Positions 44,119-54,152 of a stretch of DNA of 59,345 bases are shown here, one piece after another. Position 1 is the stretch's first letter. The number at the start of each line of letters is the position of its first letter. Under the pieces are notes generated by a model that saw nothing but the letters and a program-made list of their open reading frames with translations, was not told the origin of the DNA and made no database searches. The stretch covers positions 1 to 59,345 of the forward strand of contig JBAXIL010000006.1 of NCBI GenBank assembly GCA_037138355.1. The letters are read 5' to 3'. Source of the DNA: a bacterium (GTDB lineage Bacteria > Oederibacteriota > PGYV01 > Palsa-1178). The translations under genes and the position numbers were made by a program.

Positions 44119-44381
44119 GTAGTGCCTCCTTTAAAATGTTTTCCACAAAATTTCGTCCTATAACAATAAAAGCTTTATGTTATATATAAAGATTGTTGTT
44201 GTTGTTGTATTGTTAATAACACTAACAACTTTAAACCTTTATAAAACTTACATCTTTCTAAGGATAGTTAATGTTAATAATTACCATATTTTAATACATA
44301 ACTTACTATTTATCCACAACAAATTTTAATCACAAATAGTATCAACAGGTTATTATTATTATATACACAAGCTATTAACAC
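44119..44381. other. Probable oriC unwinding region (dnaA-dnaN intergenic)
   Basis: DnaA boxes TTATCCACA 44310-44318, TTTTCCACA 44139-44147, TTATTAACA (minus) 44211-44219 and 44272-44280, ATATACACA 44361-44369; (TTG)5 at 44193-44207 next to TATATATAAA. Confidence 0.85.
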
Positions 44382-45725
44382 TCATTTTTTTATCCTAACC
44401 ATCAGTTCGTCTATAGTAGCTTTAAATTTATCATCAGATTTTATTAATTGATCTACTTTTTTTATTGCATGCATTACTGTGGTGTGATCTTTTCCTCCAA
44501 AATACTGTCCTATCTGGACTAAGGAATACTCTGTAAGGTTTCTTGTTATGTACATAGCAATCTGTCTTGCATTGGCAATGTTCTCTGGGCGTTTTCTTGA
44601 AGATAAATCCTGAATTTTAATACCATAATATTCTGATACAACTTGTTGTATGAGGTCTATACCGATTTTTTTATTTGATTCAAAAGAAGGATTAGTAAGT
44701 TTCAAGGCCTGTTTGGCAAGGTCAAGATTTATTTCAAAACCTGGTTGATTTGATAATGCTATCATAGTAGAAAAGGTGCTGCCTAAAAATCTAATGTTAG
44801 TGTCAACATTTTCAGCAATAAAGGCGAGAACCACATCAGGTACTACTTTATTTATTTCTTTTGCTTTAAGACGCAGTATGGCGACTCTTGTCTCGAAGTT
44901 GGGAGGTTGTATATCTGCTATGATACCTGCTGCAAAGCGTGATTTTAATCTTTCTTCAAGTTTTAATTCTTGTGGTGGAGAGTCGGATGTAGCAACTATT
45001 TGTTTATTTAAGTTTGATAATTCATTAAAGGTATGGAAAAACTCTTCTCTGGCTTGTTCACCTTTTTGTAGAAACTCTATATCGTCTACTAAAAGCAAAT
45101 CAACGCTTCTATATTTTTCTTTAAACTCATCCATTTTCTTGCTTCCTATATGAGCGACTACTTCTATGATAAACTTTTCTGCTGTGGTTATTAAGATTTT
45201 GGTTTGTGGATTTTTTTCATAAACATAGTTCCCTATGGCATGAAGCAAATGCGTTTTGCCAAGTCCTACTCCTCCGTATATAAAAAGTGGATTGTATGTC
45301 TGTCCAGGTGCCTCGGCAACTGCTTTACTTGCGGCGTGCGCAAATCTGTTTGAATGTCCTACTATAAAATTATCAAATTTAAATTTTGTATTAAGGTAAG
45401 GGATATGTCCTGCTGGATTATCAAGAGGAAGTGAAATCTGAACATCCTTAATAGTTATTTTTTGGGAAATGTCAATTTTCTGATTTACAACTTTTTTTAT
45501 ATCTATATCAATAGAAATAGAATCATTTGTAATAGGTCTTATCAAAGAAAGAAGTTCAGGTATATATTTGTCGGTTAGGTTTTTTTTATGAAGTTGGCTG
45601 GGAACTTCTATAACAAGTTTGTTTGTAGCATCATCATATAGAGCAGTTGATTTTTCAAGCCACATATGTAAAGAAGTTGAATCTGTTTTTACTTTGTTAA
45701 TAATATTATTCCATTCAAAAGCCAT
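44382..45725 (-). CDS. dnaA: Chromosomal replication initiator DnaA
   Basis: FDNFIVG.SN, NPLFIYGGVGLGKTHL, EEFFHTFN, RLKSRF, ARQIAMY, FGGKDHTTVMHA. Confidence 0.99.
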   Translation of the reverse strand: MAFEWNNIINKVKTDSTSLHMWLEKSTALYDDATNKLVIEVPSQLHKKNLTDKYIPELLSLIRPITNDSISIDIDIKKVVNQKIDISQKITIKDVQISLPLDNPAGHIPYLNTKFKFDNFIVGHSNRFAHAASKAVAEAPGQTYNPLFIYGGVGLGKTHLLHAIGNYVYEKNPQTKILITTAEKFIIEVVAHIGSKKMDEFKEKYRSVDLLLVDDIEFLQKGEQAREEFFHTFNELSNLNKQIVATSDSPPQELKLEERLKSRFAAGIIADIQPPNFETRVAILRLKAKEINKVVPDVVLAFIAENVDTNIRFLGSTFSTMIALSNQPGFEINLDLAKQALKLTNPSFESNKKIGIDLIQQVVSEYYGIKIQDLSSRKRPENIANARQIAMYITRNLTEYSLVQIGQYFGGKDHTTVMHAIKKVDQLIKSDDKFKATIDELMVRIKK

Positions 45726-45759
45726 GCTGTTAGTCCCCTTTCTTCCATTTTAATAAAAG

Positions 45760-45868
45760 ATATCCACATTATAAACAGGTTACTTACTCACCGTTTCAAC
45801 ACCTAAATACTCCATATATTAAAGCCGTTTTAAATCTTATCCACATTCGTATTAAATAATTGTTAACA
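45760..45868. promoter_or_regulatory. DnaA-box cluster upstream of dnaA (autoregulation or second half of a bipartite oriC)
   Basis: ATATCCACA 45760-45768, TTATAAACA 45769-45777, TTATCCACA 45837-45845, TTGTTAACA 45860-45868. Confidence 0.75.
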
Positions 45869-46040
45869 ACTTAATAACATGAAATTTATGCAACTAAAAC
45901 CACTTAAATAATGAGTTATTATAGCATAATTAATAATTAATTCAATGATAAAATTATAAGTTTTTTTATCTTTTTATGAACCACATTGATTTCATATATT
46001 ACTTGTGTTAGAATTATAAAAATTAAAGAGGAGGTTTTAC

Positions 46041-46454
46041 ATGGACAAATTGATAAAAATATTTTTAGCAGGTGTACTCGCAGGTGTAATTCTTTTTCTT
46101 GTAGCGAGTATTTCTTATAATTACACAGGGAATATATCTGATCCTTCAATTAAAGAATTCTTTAAGGAAGCTTTTTCAATGAAGTTATTTTATAAGCTTA
46201 TGTTTTTGAATATAGGAATGGGACTTATTATGGCTATTTTTTATTCTTTTATGGCAAAAGGTATGCCAGGTGGACATTTACTTAAAGGTATGTTTTGGGG
46301 CTTTACAGTATGGTTTATCTTGATATCACAGCCACTTATTATGTCTTTAGTGGCAGGGACCTTTAAATCAGATGTGATTATGTTGTGGCTGGCTCAGGGC
46401 CTTGTAAGCTATGTGGCAGCAGGACTTTGTATAGCCTTGGTCTATAAAGAATAA
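46041..46454 (+). CDS. Hypothetical four-TM membrane protein
   Basis: GAGGAGG RBS; four hydrophobic segments; divergent from dnaA. Confidence 0.75.
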   Translation: MDKLIKIFLAGVLAGVILFLVASISYNYTGNISDPSIKEFFKEAFSMKLFYKLMFLNIGMGLIMAIFYSFMAKGMPGGHLLKGMFWGFTVWFILISQPLIMSLVAGTFKSDVIMLWLAQGLVSYVAAGLCIALVYKE

Positions 46455-46473
46455 TTAGGTTTCTTTAGTTTTA

Positions 46474-47760
46474 TTATTTGCCTTCTATGGCTTTATTCAT
46501 TTCTTTAATAGCACAATATTCGCCACACATAGAACATACTTCTTGATTTTGTAAAGGCAAAGTGTCTCTCATTTTTCTTGCTTTGATAGGATCTATAGAA
46601 AGATTTATCTGTGCTTCCCAATCAAGATTCTTGCGGGCTTTTGCCATTTTTATATCCCATTCCATAGCGTGTGGCACTCCGCGGGCTATATCTGCTGCGT
46701 GCGCAGCGATTCTTGAAACTATAACACCTTCGCGGACTTCATCTATATCAGGAAGCTTTAAATGTTCAGCAGCAGTTACATAACACAAGAAATCTGCACC
46801 TGCAGAAGCAGCCAAAGCCCCACCGATTGCTGCTGTAATATGGTCATATCCAGGGGCTATATCGGTCACCAAGGGGCCTAAAACATAAAAAGGAGCGTTA
46901 TTACATAGCTTCTTTTGTAATTGCATATTTGCCACTATCTGGTTGATAGGCATATGTCCAGGCCCTTCAATCATAACCTGAACATTTTTTTCATAAGCTC
47001 TTTTTGCGAGCTCTCCTAATATAAGTAATTCGTGTATTTGCGCCCTGTCTGTGGCATCAGCTAAGCAACCAGGTCTCATAGCATCACCTAAGGATAAGGT
47101 CATATCATATTTGTAAGCAATATCTAAGAGTCTGTCATATTGTTCGTATAAAGGATTTTCTTTTTTATTTTTCATTATCCAAACGGCAAGAAAGGTACCA
47201 CCGCGAGAAACAGTATCAAGTATGCGACCTTGTTTCATCATAGAGTTTACGGCTGCTTGTGTAATCCCACAATGGACAGTAATAAAATCAACTCCCTGTT
47301 TTCCGTGGTCTTCTATTACTTCAAATAAATCATCTGCTGTAAGTTGTGTTATATCTTTTTTATTTCCTGTAATTTTTACAGCAGCCTCATATATAGGAAC
47401 AGTTCCTATAGGAACTGTTGATTCTTTCATCATAGCAAGTCGTATTGCTTTTAAATCGCCGCCTGTGGATAAATCCATAACAGCGTCAGCACCAGCACTT
47501 ATGGCTGTTTTTAGTTTGTTTATTTCGTCATCTATAGAACATTTATCTTGAGAACTTCCTATATTGGCATTGACTTTAATTTTCATTTTACTGCCTATGG
47601 CAGTGGCTTTACAGTTTTTGTGGTTTATGTTTTTTGTGATTACTACTTCGCCTGCAGCGATTAAACGCATTAATTCATTTACATCTATTGATTCATAAGC
47701 GGCCGCTTCTTTCATTTCAGGCGTTATTATTTTTTTCTTTGCTGCTTCTAATTGTGTCAT
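46474..47760 (-). CDS. thiC: Phosphomethylpyrimidine synthase
   Basis: KVNANIG, MDLSTGG, GTVPIYE, VSRGG, EGPGHMP, APGYDHIT, CSMCGEYCA. Confidence 0.97.
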   Translation of the reverse strand: MTQLEAAKKKIITPEMKEAAAYESIDVNELMRLIAAGEVVITKNINHKNCKATAIGSKMKIKVNANIGSSQDKCSIDDEINKLKTAISAGADAVMDLSTGGDLKAIRLAMMKESTVPIGTVPIYEAAVKITGNKKDITQLTADDLFEVIEDHGKQGVDFITVHCGITQAAVNSMMKQGRILDTVSRGGTFLAVWIMKNKKENPLYEQYDRLLDIAYKYDMTLSLGDAMRPGCLADATDRAQIHELLILGELAKRAYEKNVQVMIEGPGHMPINQIVANMQLQKKLCNNAPFYVLGPLVTDIAPGYDHITAAIGGALAASAGADFLCYVTAAEHLKLPDIDEVREGVIVSRIAAHAADIARGVPHAMEWDIKMAKARKNLDWEAQINLSIDPIKARKMRDTLPLQNQEVCSMCGEYCAIKEMNKAIEGK

Positions 47761-47763
47761 ATC

Positions 47764-48393
47764 TTACTCCTTATGGTAAATTACTAATTTTACCTTTTTA
47801 GTTTGTGCGAGAATGTCTTTACTTCCGAGGATTCCGGATATAAAAGAAAAATATTTAATCCCGCTGCTTTTTAGTGCGGGTATATTATACTCATTTATTC
47901 CACCAATTGCAACTACGGGAGTCACAAGTGAAAGATTAATTAATTTCATTTGTTTTATTCCAATAGCTTTTTTATTTTTTTGTTCAGTAGGATATACTGG
48001 ACCTACACCAATATAGGAAGCGTGCAAAGCGTCCAAGCTACTGGCTTCTTTTAAATTATCAGAGGAGAGACCTATAATACCTTTAAATATCTTTTTAACC
48101 TGTGAGTAAGGCAGGTCTTCTTTTCCTAAATGAACTCCGTCAGCGTGTATTAGGACGGCTATGGCTACCCTGTCATTTATAATTAGAGGAACTTTATATG
48201 AGGCGCATATTTTTTGTATTTTAAGAGCAGTGTGATAAAACACATCATCAGTCATTGTTTTTGAGCGAAGTTGAATACAAGTGGCTCCACCCTTTAAACA
48301 GTTACGGAGCGTAGTAAAATAGTTTTTACCTAAAGAGTTGAGATAATCGGTATCTAAAATAACATAGAGTGAAAGGCATGAAAGGTTCATCAT
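47764..48393 (-). CDS. thiE: Thiamine-phosphate synthase
   Basis: IQLRSK, IINDRV.IA...ADGVHLG.ED, YIGVGPVYPT..K, VVAIGGIN. Confidence 0.93.
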   Translation of the reverse strand: MMNLSCLSLYVILDTDYLNSLGKNYFTTLRNCLKGGATCIQLRSKTMTDDVFYHTALKIQKICASYKVPLIINDRVAIAVLIHADGVHLGKEDLPYSQVKKIFKGIIGLSSDNLKEASSLDALHASYIGVGPVYPTEQKNKKAIGIKQMKLINLSLVTPVVAIGGINEYNIPALKSSGIKYFSFISGILGSKDILAQTKKVKLVIYHKE

Positions 48394-48394
48394 A

Positions 48395-48808
48395 TTATAG
48401 AAGTGTTTCTTTTTCCAATTCGTAAGTTTTATATCTGAGCTCTTTAAATATATGGGCTGCCTTAGGGTTTATTAGTTTTGATATTTCTTCTAATACTCTA
48501 AAAGATTCTTCAGCGCGTTTGAAGTTTGATATCATAATGTCTAAAGTATTTCTTCTTGAAAACTCACTTTTATTTTTGCTATGCCTTCCTGCATCGTCTG
48601 CGGAGTATCTGTTTTTTAAAAGTGACAAGTAATCGGCAGAAATTAGTTTAAGAGCGATATCAGTATCGTGTCTAATTGATTTTAGTTTTAAGGTAATTTT
48701 TTTATTTGAAATGATAAAACGGGAAACATCTTCTATAACACGCAGACCTTCTTTGGCACGATTGACATTAGCATCTATAAGAGTAAATATATTTTTCTTA
48801 TTTTTCAT
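48395..48808 (-). CDS. Stand-alone ThiD2-like domain protein
   Basis: IDANVNRAKEGLRVIED..RF...LK.IRH...R....D.G...NFKRAEESFRVLEE.SK...FKELRY..YELEK. Confidence 0.8.
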   Translation of the reverse strand: MKNKKNIFTLIDANVNRAKEGLRVIEDVSRFIISNKKITLKLKSIRHDTDIALKLISADYLSLLKNRYSADDAGRHSKNKSEFSRRNTLDIMISNFKRAEESFRVLEEISKLINPKAAHIFKELRYKTYELEKETLL

Positions 48809-49032
48809 TAGCGTTGGACGCGCATGGAAGTATAAATATCTTTTATAACTTTAGAAAAAGAAACGCCTTCGTCTTTCCATTTACCCAGCATAAAACCAAG
48901 AGCAGTAATGGCTATAATAAAAAGAGTTTTAAAAAAGCCGAAGATAACGAGAAAAAGTGCAAGTAGAAAAAATACAATAAGACCAATTATTCTCCAAAAA
49001 TTCAGAATAATTATCTTAAAGAGCTCATTCAT
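48808..49032 (-). CDS. DUF2273-like small membrane protein
   Basis: IIG......L...FGFFKTLFI......G..LG...D; directly after amaP. Confidence 0.75.
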   Translation of the reverse strand: MNELFKIIILNFWRIIGLIVFFLLALFLVIFGFFKTLFIIAITALGFMLGKWKDEGVSFSKVIKDIYTSMRVQR

Positions 49033-49601
49033 TTGGTTTCTTCCTTTTGTCTGAAGACCACTTTACTTACTATAACTATAGGCTTTATTTCATTGTCTAT
49101 GCCTAAGGTAAATTGTATATATTTTATTATAGCTTCCTGGATTTCCTGAGTCACATCTGCGACAGAGCGGTCTGAATATAGGGTAACTCTGGCAGTCACA
49201 CGAAGGCCTTTTCTTGTGGAAATAACCTTACCTTTTATGTCTTTTACGCCGTTTATCTGGTTTTTTACTACTCTTGAGAAATCTTCTATAGCCCCTAAAG
49301 ACACTAAAATTTCACCTAAAGGAGATTCTAAAACCACTGTTCTTTCACTGCGTCTTTTCTCTATATTTCCAAATATGGTAAATAGAGCAATAAAGATAAA
49401 AAATAAACCACTAAAAAAGATAGCGATATTGATAGCAATTATTCCTGGCGTTTCTGGACTTAAAAGTTTGACTACATTTTCAGTAGTTGAGAGAAGCCAT
49501 TTATTGGCTCCAGAGGGAGAACTCACCGCGACAAACATAGCACCTACGAATAAAAACAATGCGGTGTTTATGATAATTATTATTCTATTAAAATATCTCA
49601 T
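49029..49601 (-). CDS. amaP: Alkaline-shock membrane anchor AmaP-like protein
   Basis: Two TMs, then GEILVSLGAIED..., IQEAI...I...LGI; between asp23 and DUF2273. Confidence 0.75.
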   Translation of the reverse strand: MRYFNRIIIIINTALFLFVGAMFVAVSSPSGANKWLLSTTENVVKLLSPETPGIIAINIAIFFSGLFFIFIALFTIFGNIEKRRSERTVVLESPLGEILVSLGAIEDFSRVVKNQINGVKDIKGKVISTRKGLRVTARVTLYSDRSVADVTQEIQEAIIKYIQFTLGIDNEIKPIVIVSKVVFRQKEETK

Positions 49602-49619
49602 GTAAAACCTCCTTAAAGA

Positions 49620-49994
49620 TTATATGTTGTAAGAATTATCTTTTGGACCTTTATTTTTTCTTACGCCGTTTACATTGACATTAATTTTAGTGACATTTAA
49701 ACCAGTCATAGTTTCTATGGCTTCTCTTACTTTGTCTTGTACTTCGGCTGCTACATCAGATACTTCTTTACCAAAATCAACAATTATATTTATTGTAAGA
49801 GATACATTTTCATTTAGGAGCTCTACTTCAATTCCTTTTTTTAAGTTTACTATGCCTATGGCTTCAGCAAAAGCTGCTGCTTTGCCACCGTCTAAATCTA
49901 CAACCCCATCAATTTCTTTGCTGGCAATAGCAGCAATTGAGGCTATAGCTTCATCTGATATTTTGATATTACCGGCGTCTCTATGTTCTGCCAT
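49620..49994 (-). CDS. Asp23/Gls24 family protein
   Basis: GNIKISDEAIASIAAIA..EIDGV, KGIEV, VQDKVREAIETMTGL.V..INVNV. Confidence 0.93.
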   Translation of the reverse strand: MAEHRDAGNIKISDEAIASIAAIASKEIDGVVDLDGGKAAAFAEAIGIVNLKKGIEVELLNENVSLTINIIVDFGKEVSDVAAEVQDKVREAIETMTGLNVTKINVNVNGVRKNKGPKDNSYNI

Positions 49995-49997
49995 AGT

Positions 49998-51356
49998 TTA
50001 CCCCTTAAGTGATTTTTCTTTTTCCATTTTTTCTATGAAAGAAGTTGAGTAATTGCTACTTACAAAATCTTTATGGTCAAGTATTTTTTTGTGAAGCGGA
50101 ATTGTTGTTTTGATTCCTTCTATGACAAATTCATCTAAAGCTCTTTTCATTCTTGCTATAGCTTCAGTTCTATTTTTTCCTTTGGCAATAATTTTTGCTA
50201 CCATGGAATCATAGTAAGGAGGTATTTTATAACCTTTATAAACATGAGTATCCACTCTGATACCAGGCCCACCTGGAACATTGTATTCTGTTATGGTACC
50301 AGGAGATGGACAGAAATTATTATCAGGATCTTCGGCATTTATTCTACACTCTATAGCATGACCGCGTAGTTTTATTTCTTTGTTTGGTATTGTGAGCTTA
50401 TAACCAGCTGCTACTCTTATTTGTTCTTTGATAAGGTCAAAGCCAGTAACTTCTTCTGTTACAGTATGTTCAACTTGTATTCTTGTGTTCATTTCCATAA
50501 AATAAAAATGTCCCCATTTGTCCATAATAAACTCTACAGTTCCAGCGCCTTCGTACTTAACTGCACGAGCAAGTCTTGTTGCCTGGCTGCACATTTCATG
50601 TCTTGTTTTTTCGCTAAGCATAGGTGAAGGCGATTCTTCGATGAGTTTTTGATGTCTTCTTTGAACAGAACAATCTCTTTCGCCTAATGCGATATAATTT
50701 CCGTGATTGTCACACATTATTTGTATTTCTACATGCCGTGGTTCTTCAATAAATTTTTCAAGATAACAATCAGGGTTTGAAAAAGCAGTGAGTGCTTCTT
50801 GGCTTGCAGTTTTAAACGCGCTTCTTAATGAAAGTTCGGTATGCGCTATTCTCATACCGCGACCGCCTCCACCCGCTGTGGCTTTTATCATGATAGGAAA
50901 ACCGATTTTTTTGGATATTTCTACTGCATCATTTTCATCTTTCAAAATTCTGCCAGAGCCTGGTACTGTAGTCACTTTGTTGGCAGTAGCGGTTGCTATT
51001 GCCTGAGCTTTGTCTCCCATGGCTTTGATTGATGAAGGTGACGGGCCTATGAACTTGATATTACACTGTGCACATAACTCAGCAAAGTGAGCATTTTCGG
51101 CTAAAAATCCGTAGCCTGGATGTATGGCTTCAGCATCAGTTACTTCTGCGGCTGAAATAATAGCAGGTATATTGAGATAGCTTAATTTTGATTGAGCAGG
51201 ACCTATGCATACAGCATGGTCAGCGTATCTGACATGAAGAGAGTTTTCATCAGCTTCCGAATATACGGCAACAGTTTCTACTCCCATTTCCTTACAGGCG
51301 CGTATTATGCGAAGGGCTATTTCGCCCCTGTTCGCGATTAGTATTCTTTTAAACAA
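49998..51356 (-). CDS. accC: Acetyl-CoA carboxylase biotin carboxylase subunit
   Basis: [53 protein letters not shown] start. Confidence 0.98.
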   Translation of the reverse strand: MFKRILIANRGEIALRIIRACKEMGVETVAVYSEADENSLHVRYADHAVCIGPAQSKLSYLNIPAIISAAEVTDAEAIHPGYGFLAENAHFAELCAQCNIKFIGPSPSSIKAMGDKAQAIATATANKVTTVPGSGRILKDENDAVEISKKIGFPIMIKATAGGGGRGMRIAHTELSLRSAFKTASQEALTAFSNPDCYLEKFIEEPRHVEIQIMCDNHGNYIALGERDCSVQRRHQKLIEESPSPMLSEKTRHEMCSQATRLARAVKYEGAGTVEFIMDKWGHFYFMEMNTRIQVEHTVTEEVTGFDLIKEQIRVAAGYKLTIPNKEIKLRGHAIECRINAEDPDNNFCPSPGTITEYNVPGGPGIRVDTHVYKGYKIPPYYDSMVAKIIAKGKNRTEAIARMKRALDEFVIEGIKTTIPLHKKILDHKDFVSSNYSTSFIEKMEKEKSLKG

Positions 51357-51381
51357 GGTTATTCCCCTTTCGCTAACTTAT

Positions 51382-51876
51382 TTAGGATTTCTCGATTATT
51401 ATTAATGGCTGACCAAACTCTACTGCTTGAGCATTTTCTACGGCTATTTCTTTTACTTTACCTTTGATTTCGGATTTGATTTCATTCATTATTTTCATGG
51501 CTTCTATTATACAAACTGTTTTACCGACTTCCACCATATCTCCGACTTTTACAAAAGCAGGTGTTTCTGGTGAAGCTGCTTTATAAAAAGTACCGACCAT
51601 AGGTGATTTGATAATACCGGTCTTAGCATCTTCAACTAATTTTTTAGGTTCATTAGATACTACTGCTGCGGCAGGAATAGCTGCCACAGGTGCTGGACTA
51701 TAATGTTGCACAGGAGCAGACTGCATGGAACTTGTGATAGCTCCTGCTTTTGTAAGTTTTATTTTTAAATCATGTTCTTCATATATCATTTCTACAAGGT
51801 CGCCCTTGTCCATGATTTTTAAAGCTTCGTTTAATACTTCAAGATTGAGTTTTTTTCCGTTTTCTTTTTTTGCCAT
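51382..51876 (-). CDS. accB: Biotin carboxyl carrier protein
   Basis: [19 protein letters not shown] biotinylation motif, Ala/Pro linker. Confidence 0.97.
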   Translation of the reverse strand: MAKKENGKKLNLEVLNEALKIMDKGDLVEMIYEEHDLKIKLTKAGAITSSMQSAPVQHYSPAPVAAIPAAAVVSNEPKKLVEDAKTGIIKSPMVGTFYKAASPETPAFVKVGDMVEVGKTVCIIEAMKIMNEIKSEIKGKVKEIAVENAQAVEFGQPLIIIEKS

Positions 51877-51901
51877 TGGAAACACCGCCTTAATCTTTTT
51901 T

Positions 51902-52459
51902 TTAAACTCTTTCTACATACTCGCTATTTCTGGTATCTACTCTCACGGTATCGCCTTCTTTAATAAATAAAGGAACTAAAACTTCTGCTCCAGTTTCAAG
52001 CGTTACCAGCTTAGTGGCATTACCAACAGTGTCTCCTTTAGAAGCAGGAGGCGCTGTGACTACTTTTAAATCAACTTTATTAGGTACATTGATTCCTAAA
52101 ACTTCGCCTTCAAACATAAGCATAGAACACATCATTTCTTCTTTTAAAAATTGTGATTGTTCGCCAACTTGTTTTTCGTTGAATTCGTACTGTTCATAGT
52201 TTTCGGTATCCATAAAATGAAAAACTTCATTTAGTTTGTACATGAACTGCAGCTTGCGTTCATCCACGCGAGCATCTTCCATTTTGTCATCAGGTGAGAA
52301 AGTTCTCTCTACAACTGTTCCGAGTTTGAAGTTTCTCATTTTAAGTCTTACTAAAGGCGCGAGCCTCGGTCTTTGAACATGGTGAAACTGAACTACTTCC
52401 CAAAGTGTTCCTTCGTGCTTGAAAACATGACCTGGTCTTAAATCTGCTGTTAATGCCAT
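51902..52459 (-). CDS. efp: Elongation factor P with atypical tip loop
   Basis: 185 aa from ATG after [48 protein letters not shown]. Confidence 0.95.
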   Translation of the reverse strand: MALTADLRPGHVFKHEGTLWEVVQFHHVQRPRLAPLVRLKMRNFKLGTVVERTFSPDDKMEDARVDERKLQFMYKLNEVFHFMDTENYEQYEFNEKQVGEQSQFLKEEMMCSMLMFEGEVLGINVPNKVDLKVVTAPPASKGDTVGNATKLVTLETGAEVLVPLFIKEGDTVRVDTRNSEYVERV

Positions 52460-52479
52460 TACAAAAGCCTCCTTAAAAA

Positions 52480-53535
52480 TTAGCCGCAAATAATCATCGA
52501 GTCACTAAACTTTCCCAACTTATCAGCGTCTTTATCGGTTATCAGATAGTCATCTTCTATCCTGATTCCATACTTTCTGTTTAAATATATTCCTGGTTCG
52601 CATGAAAAGACCATGCCCTTTTCAAATCTAAGCTCTTCCTTTGGGTTCACAGATGGTGGCTCGTGTACATCCAACCCTATGCCGTGCCCTAAAGAATGAG
52701 TAAAAAACTTATCCAAACCGTCCTTTGCCAGCGATTCTCTGGCTGCAAGATCGGCCTCTTTTATCATGATACCTGGCTTATAACTTAATATGCTTATTTT
52801 CTTGGCTCTTAAAACAGACTCATAGTCCTTTTGAACCTGTTTTAAGTGAGAGTGTATTATACCGAAAGCAAAAACCCTTGTCAAGTCAGAAGCGTAGCCT
52901 TTATACTTCACTCCGGCATCTACGAGCACGAGAGTATTGGTTTTAAGCTTCATAGTAGATGTTGCGTGATGTGGAACAGCACCATGTTCATTGAATGCTA
53001 TTATAGGAGTGAAAGAAAGACCATCTGCCCCTAATTTTCTGGAATAGTAGTCAAATTCAAGGGATAAATCTCTTTCTGTTATGCCTATTTTCAATATTTT
53101 TGCTATATGCTTCATGGTTTGTTCGGTTATGGCAACAGATTGCTTTATTAGCTGAATCTCGCTGTTATCTTTTATCATACGCATAAAGGTTAAACTTGAA
53201 TCAAGTTTGGTTTTTACACTATTTGTGGTTAATATGAGATATTCTGACAAAGGAATGTTTTTGTTAAATAAAATTGTTTTTTTCTTTGTTAGTAAAATAA
53301 GGTCGGCTTGAAAATTTTTTGTGATAATGATTTCAAAATCAGATGCAATTTTTGATTTTCTAATAAGACCTTCATAGCGAGAGTCAGTAATAAAGCTTGC
53401 CTTATCAGGATGTATTACAATCTTACCAAAAGTTCCGTTAAAGCCAGAGAGATAAAAAACATCTGAAGGATTTGATATATAGTAGGACTGGTTTTTTTTT
53501 AATATAGCAGAGACCTTGGTTGTTCTTAAATTCAT
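52480..53535 (-). CDS. Xaa-Pro aminopeptidase (M24B)
   Basis: YLSGF.G, TDSRY, D.G....GYASDLTR, HSLGHGIGLDVHE.P, EPGIY...GIRIED. Confidence 0.92.
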   Translation of the reverse strand: MNLRTTKVSAILKKNQSYYISNPSDVFYLSGFNGTFGKIVIHPDKASFITDSRYEGLIRKSKIASDFEIIITKNFQADLILLTKKKTILFNKNIPLSEYLILTTNSVKTKLDSSLTFMRMIKDNSEIQLIKQSVAITEQTMKHIAKILKIGITERDLSLEFDYYSRKLGADGLSFTPIIAFNEHGAVPHHATSTMKLKTNTLVLVDAGVKYKGYASDLTRVFAFGIIHSHLKQVQKDYESVLRAKKISILSYKPGIMIKEADLAARESLAKDGLDKFFTHSLGHGIGLDVHEPPSVNPKEELRFEKGMVFSCEPGIYLNRKYGIRIEDDYLITDKDADKLGKFSDSMIICG

Positions 53536-54152
53536 TTCTTCAATGTGATAATGCCGAGATTATATTCTATAATAGGCGCATAAAAAGGAAGTCCCTCAAG
53601 CATGTCTTCTGCTTTGTCAAAGGCCTTAATGATTGTAGAATTATTTATCCAGCATACACGCGCTGAAAATCTTTTTATTTCAAATGGTTTTCCTGCTGAT
53701 TGCATAATAGATAAAAATCTTTTCTGGTTAAAGTGTTGGTGATTATTTAATAAAGTGAGGTTGATATAAAATAAAGGATTATACCTATTGGCTTCTATAA
53801 CTATGACGCGCTCTTTTGCTACGCGTACCATTTCTTTTAGGGCTTGTTCAGGGTTAGTGGCGTGATGAAGCATATCTTTTTCTAAAACAGTGTCAAAACT
53901 TTTATCAGGAAATTCAAGTTTTTCAGAATCGGCTTTTTGAAAGCTAAGACCAGGTGCAGATAAATTAGGCCAGTTAGCATTTACTTCTATATCTGTGGCT
54001 GTAATCTTTTTGAAATACTTAAGACGCAGATATGCATCCCAGCCGTCTCCACAACCAGAATCAAGCAGAGTGTCACCTGAAAAATAAGCTTTGGTTTTCT
54101 CTATAACGCGAAGTCTATACTGGTTAATGTTTTCAGGAACATTAGTTGTCAT
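53532..54152 (-). CDS. Class I SAM-dependent methyltransferase
   Basis: LLDSGCGDG, L.FPDKSFDTV....LHH...PEQALKEMVRV. Confidence 0.88.
   Translation of the reverse strand: MTTNVPENINQYRLRVIEKTKAYFSGDTLLDSGCGDGWDAYLRLKYFKKITATDIEVNANWPNLSAPGLSFQKADSEKLEFPDKSFDTVLEKDMLHHATNPEQALKEMVRVAKERVIVIEANRYNPLFYINLTLLNNHQHFNQKRFLSIMQSAGKPFEIKRFSARVCWINNSTIIKAFDKAEDMLEGLPFYAPIIEYNLGIITLKK

Noticed and set aside
45937..46149. 70-aa minus-strand ORF upstream of dnaA (possible rpmH)
   Set aside because: No L34 motif, and it overlaps the RBS-supported plus-strand gene.
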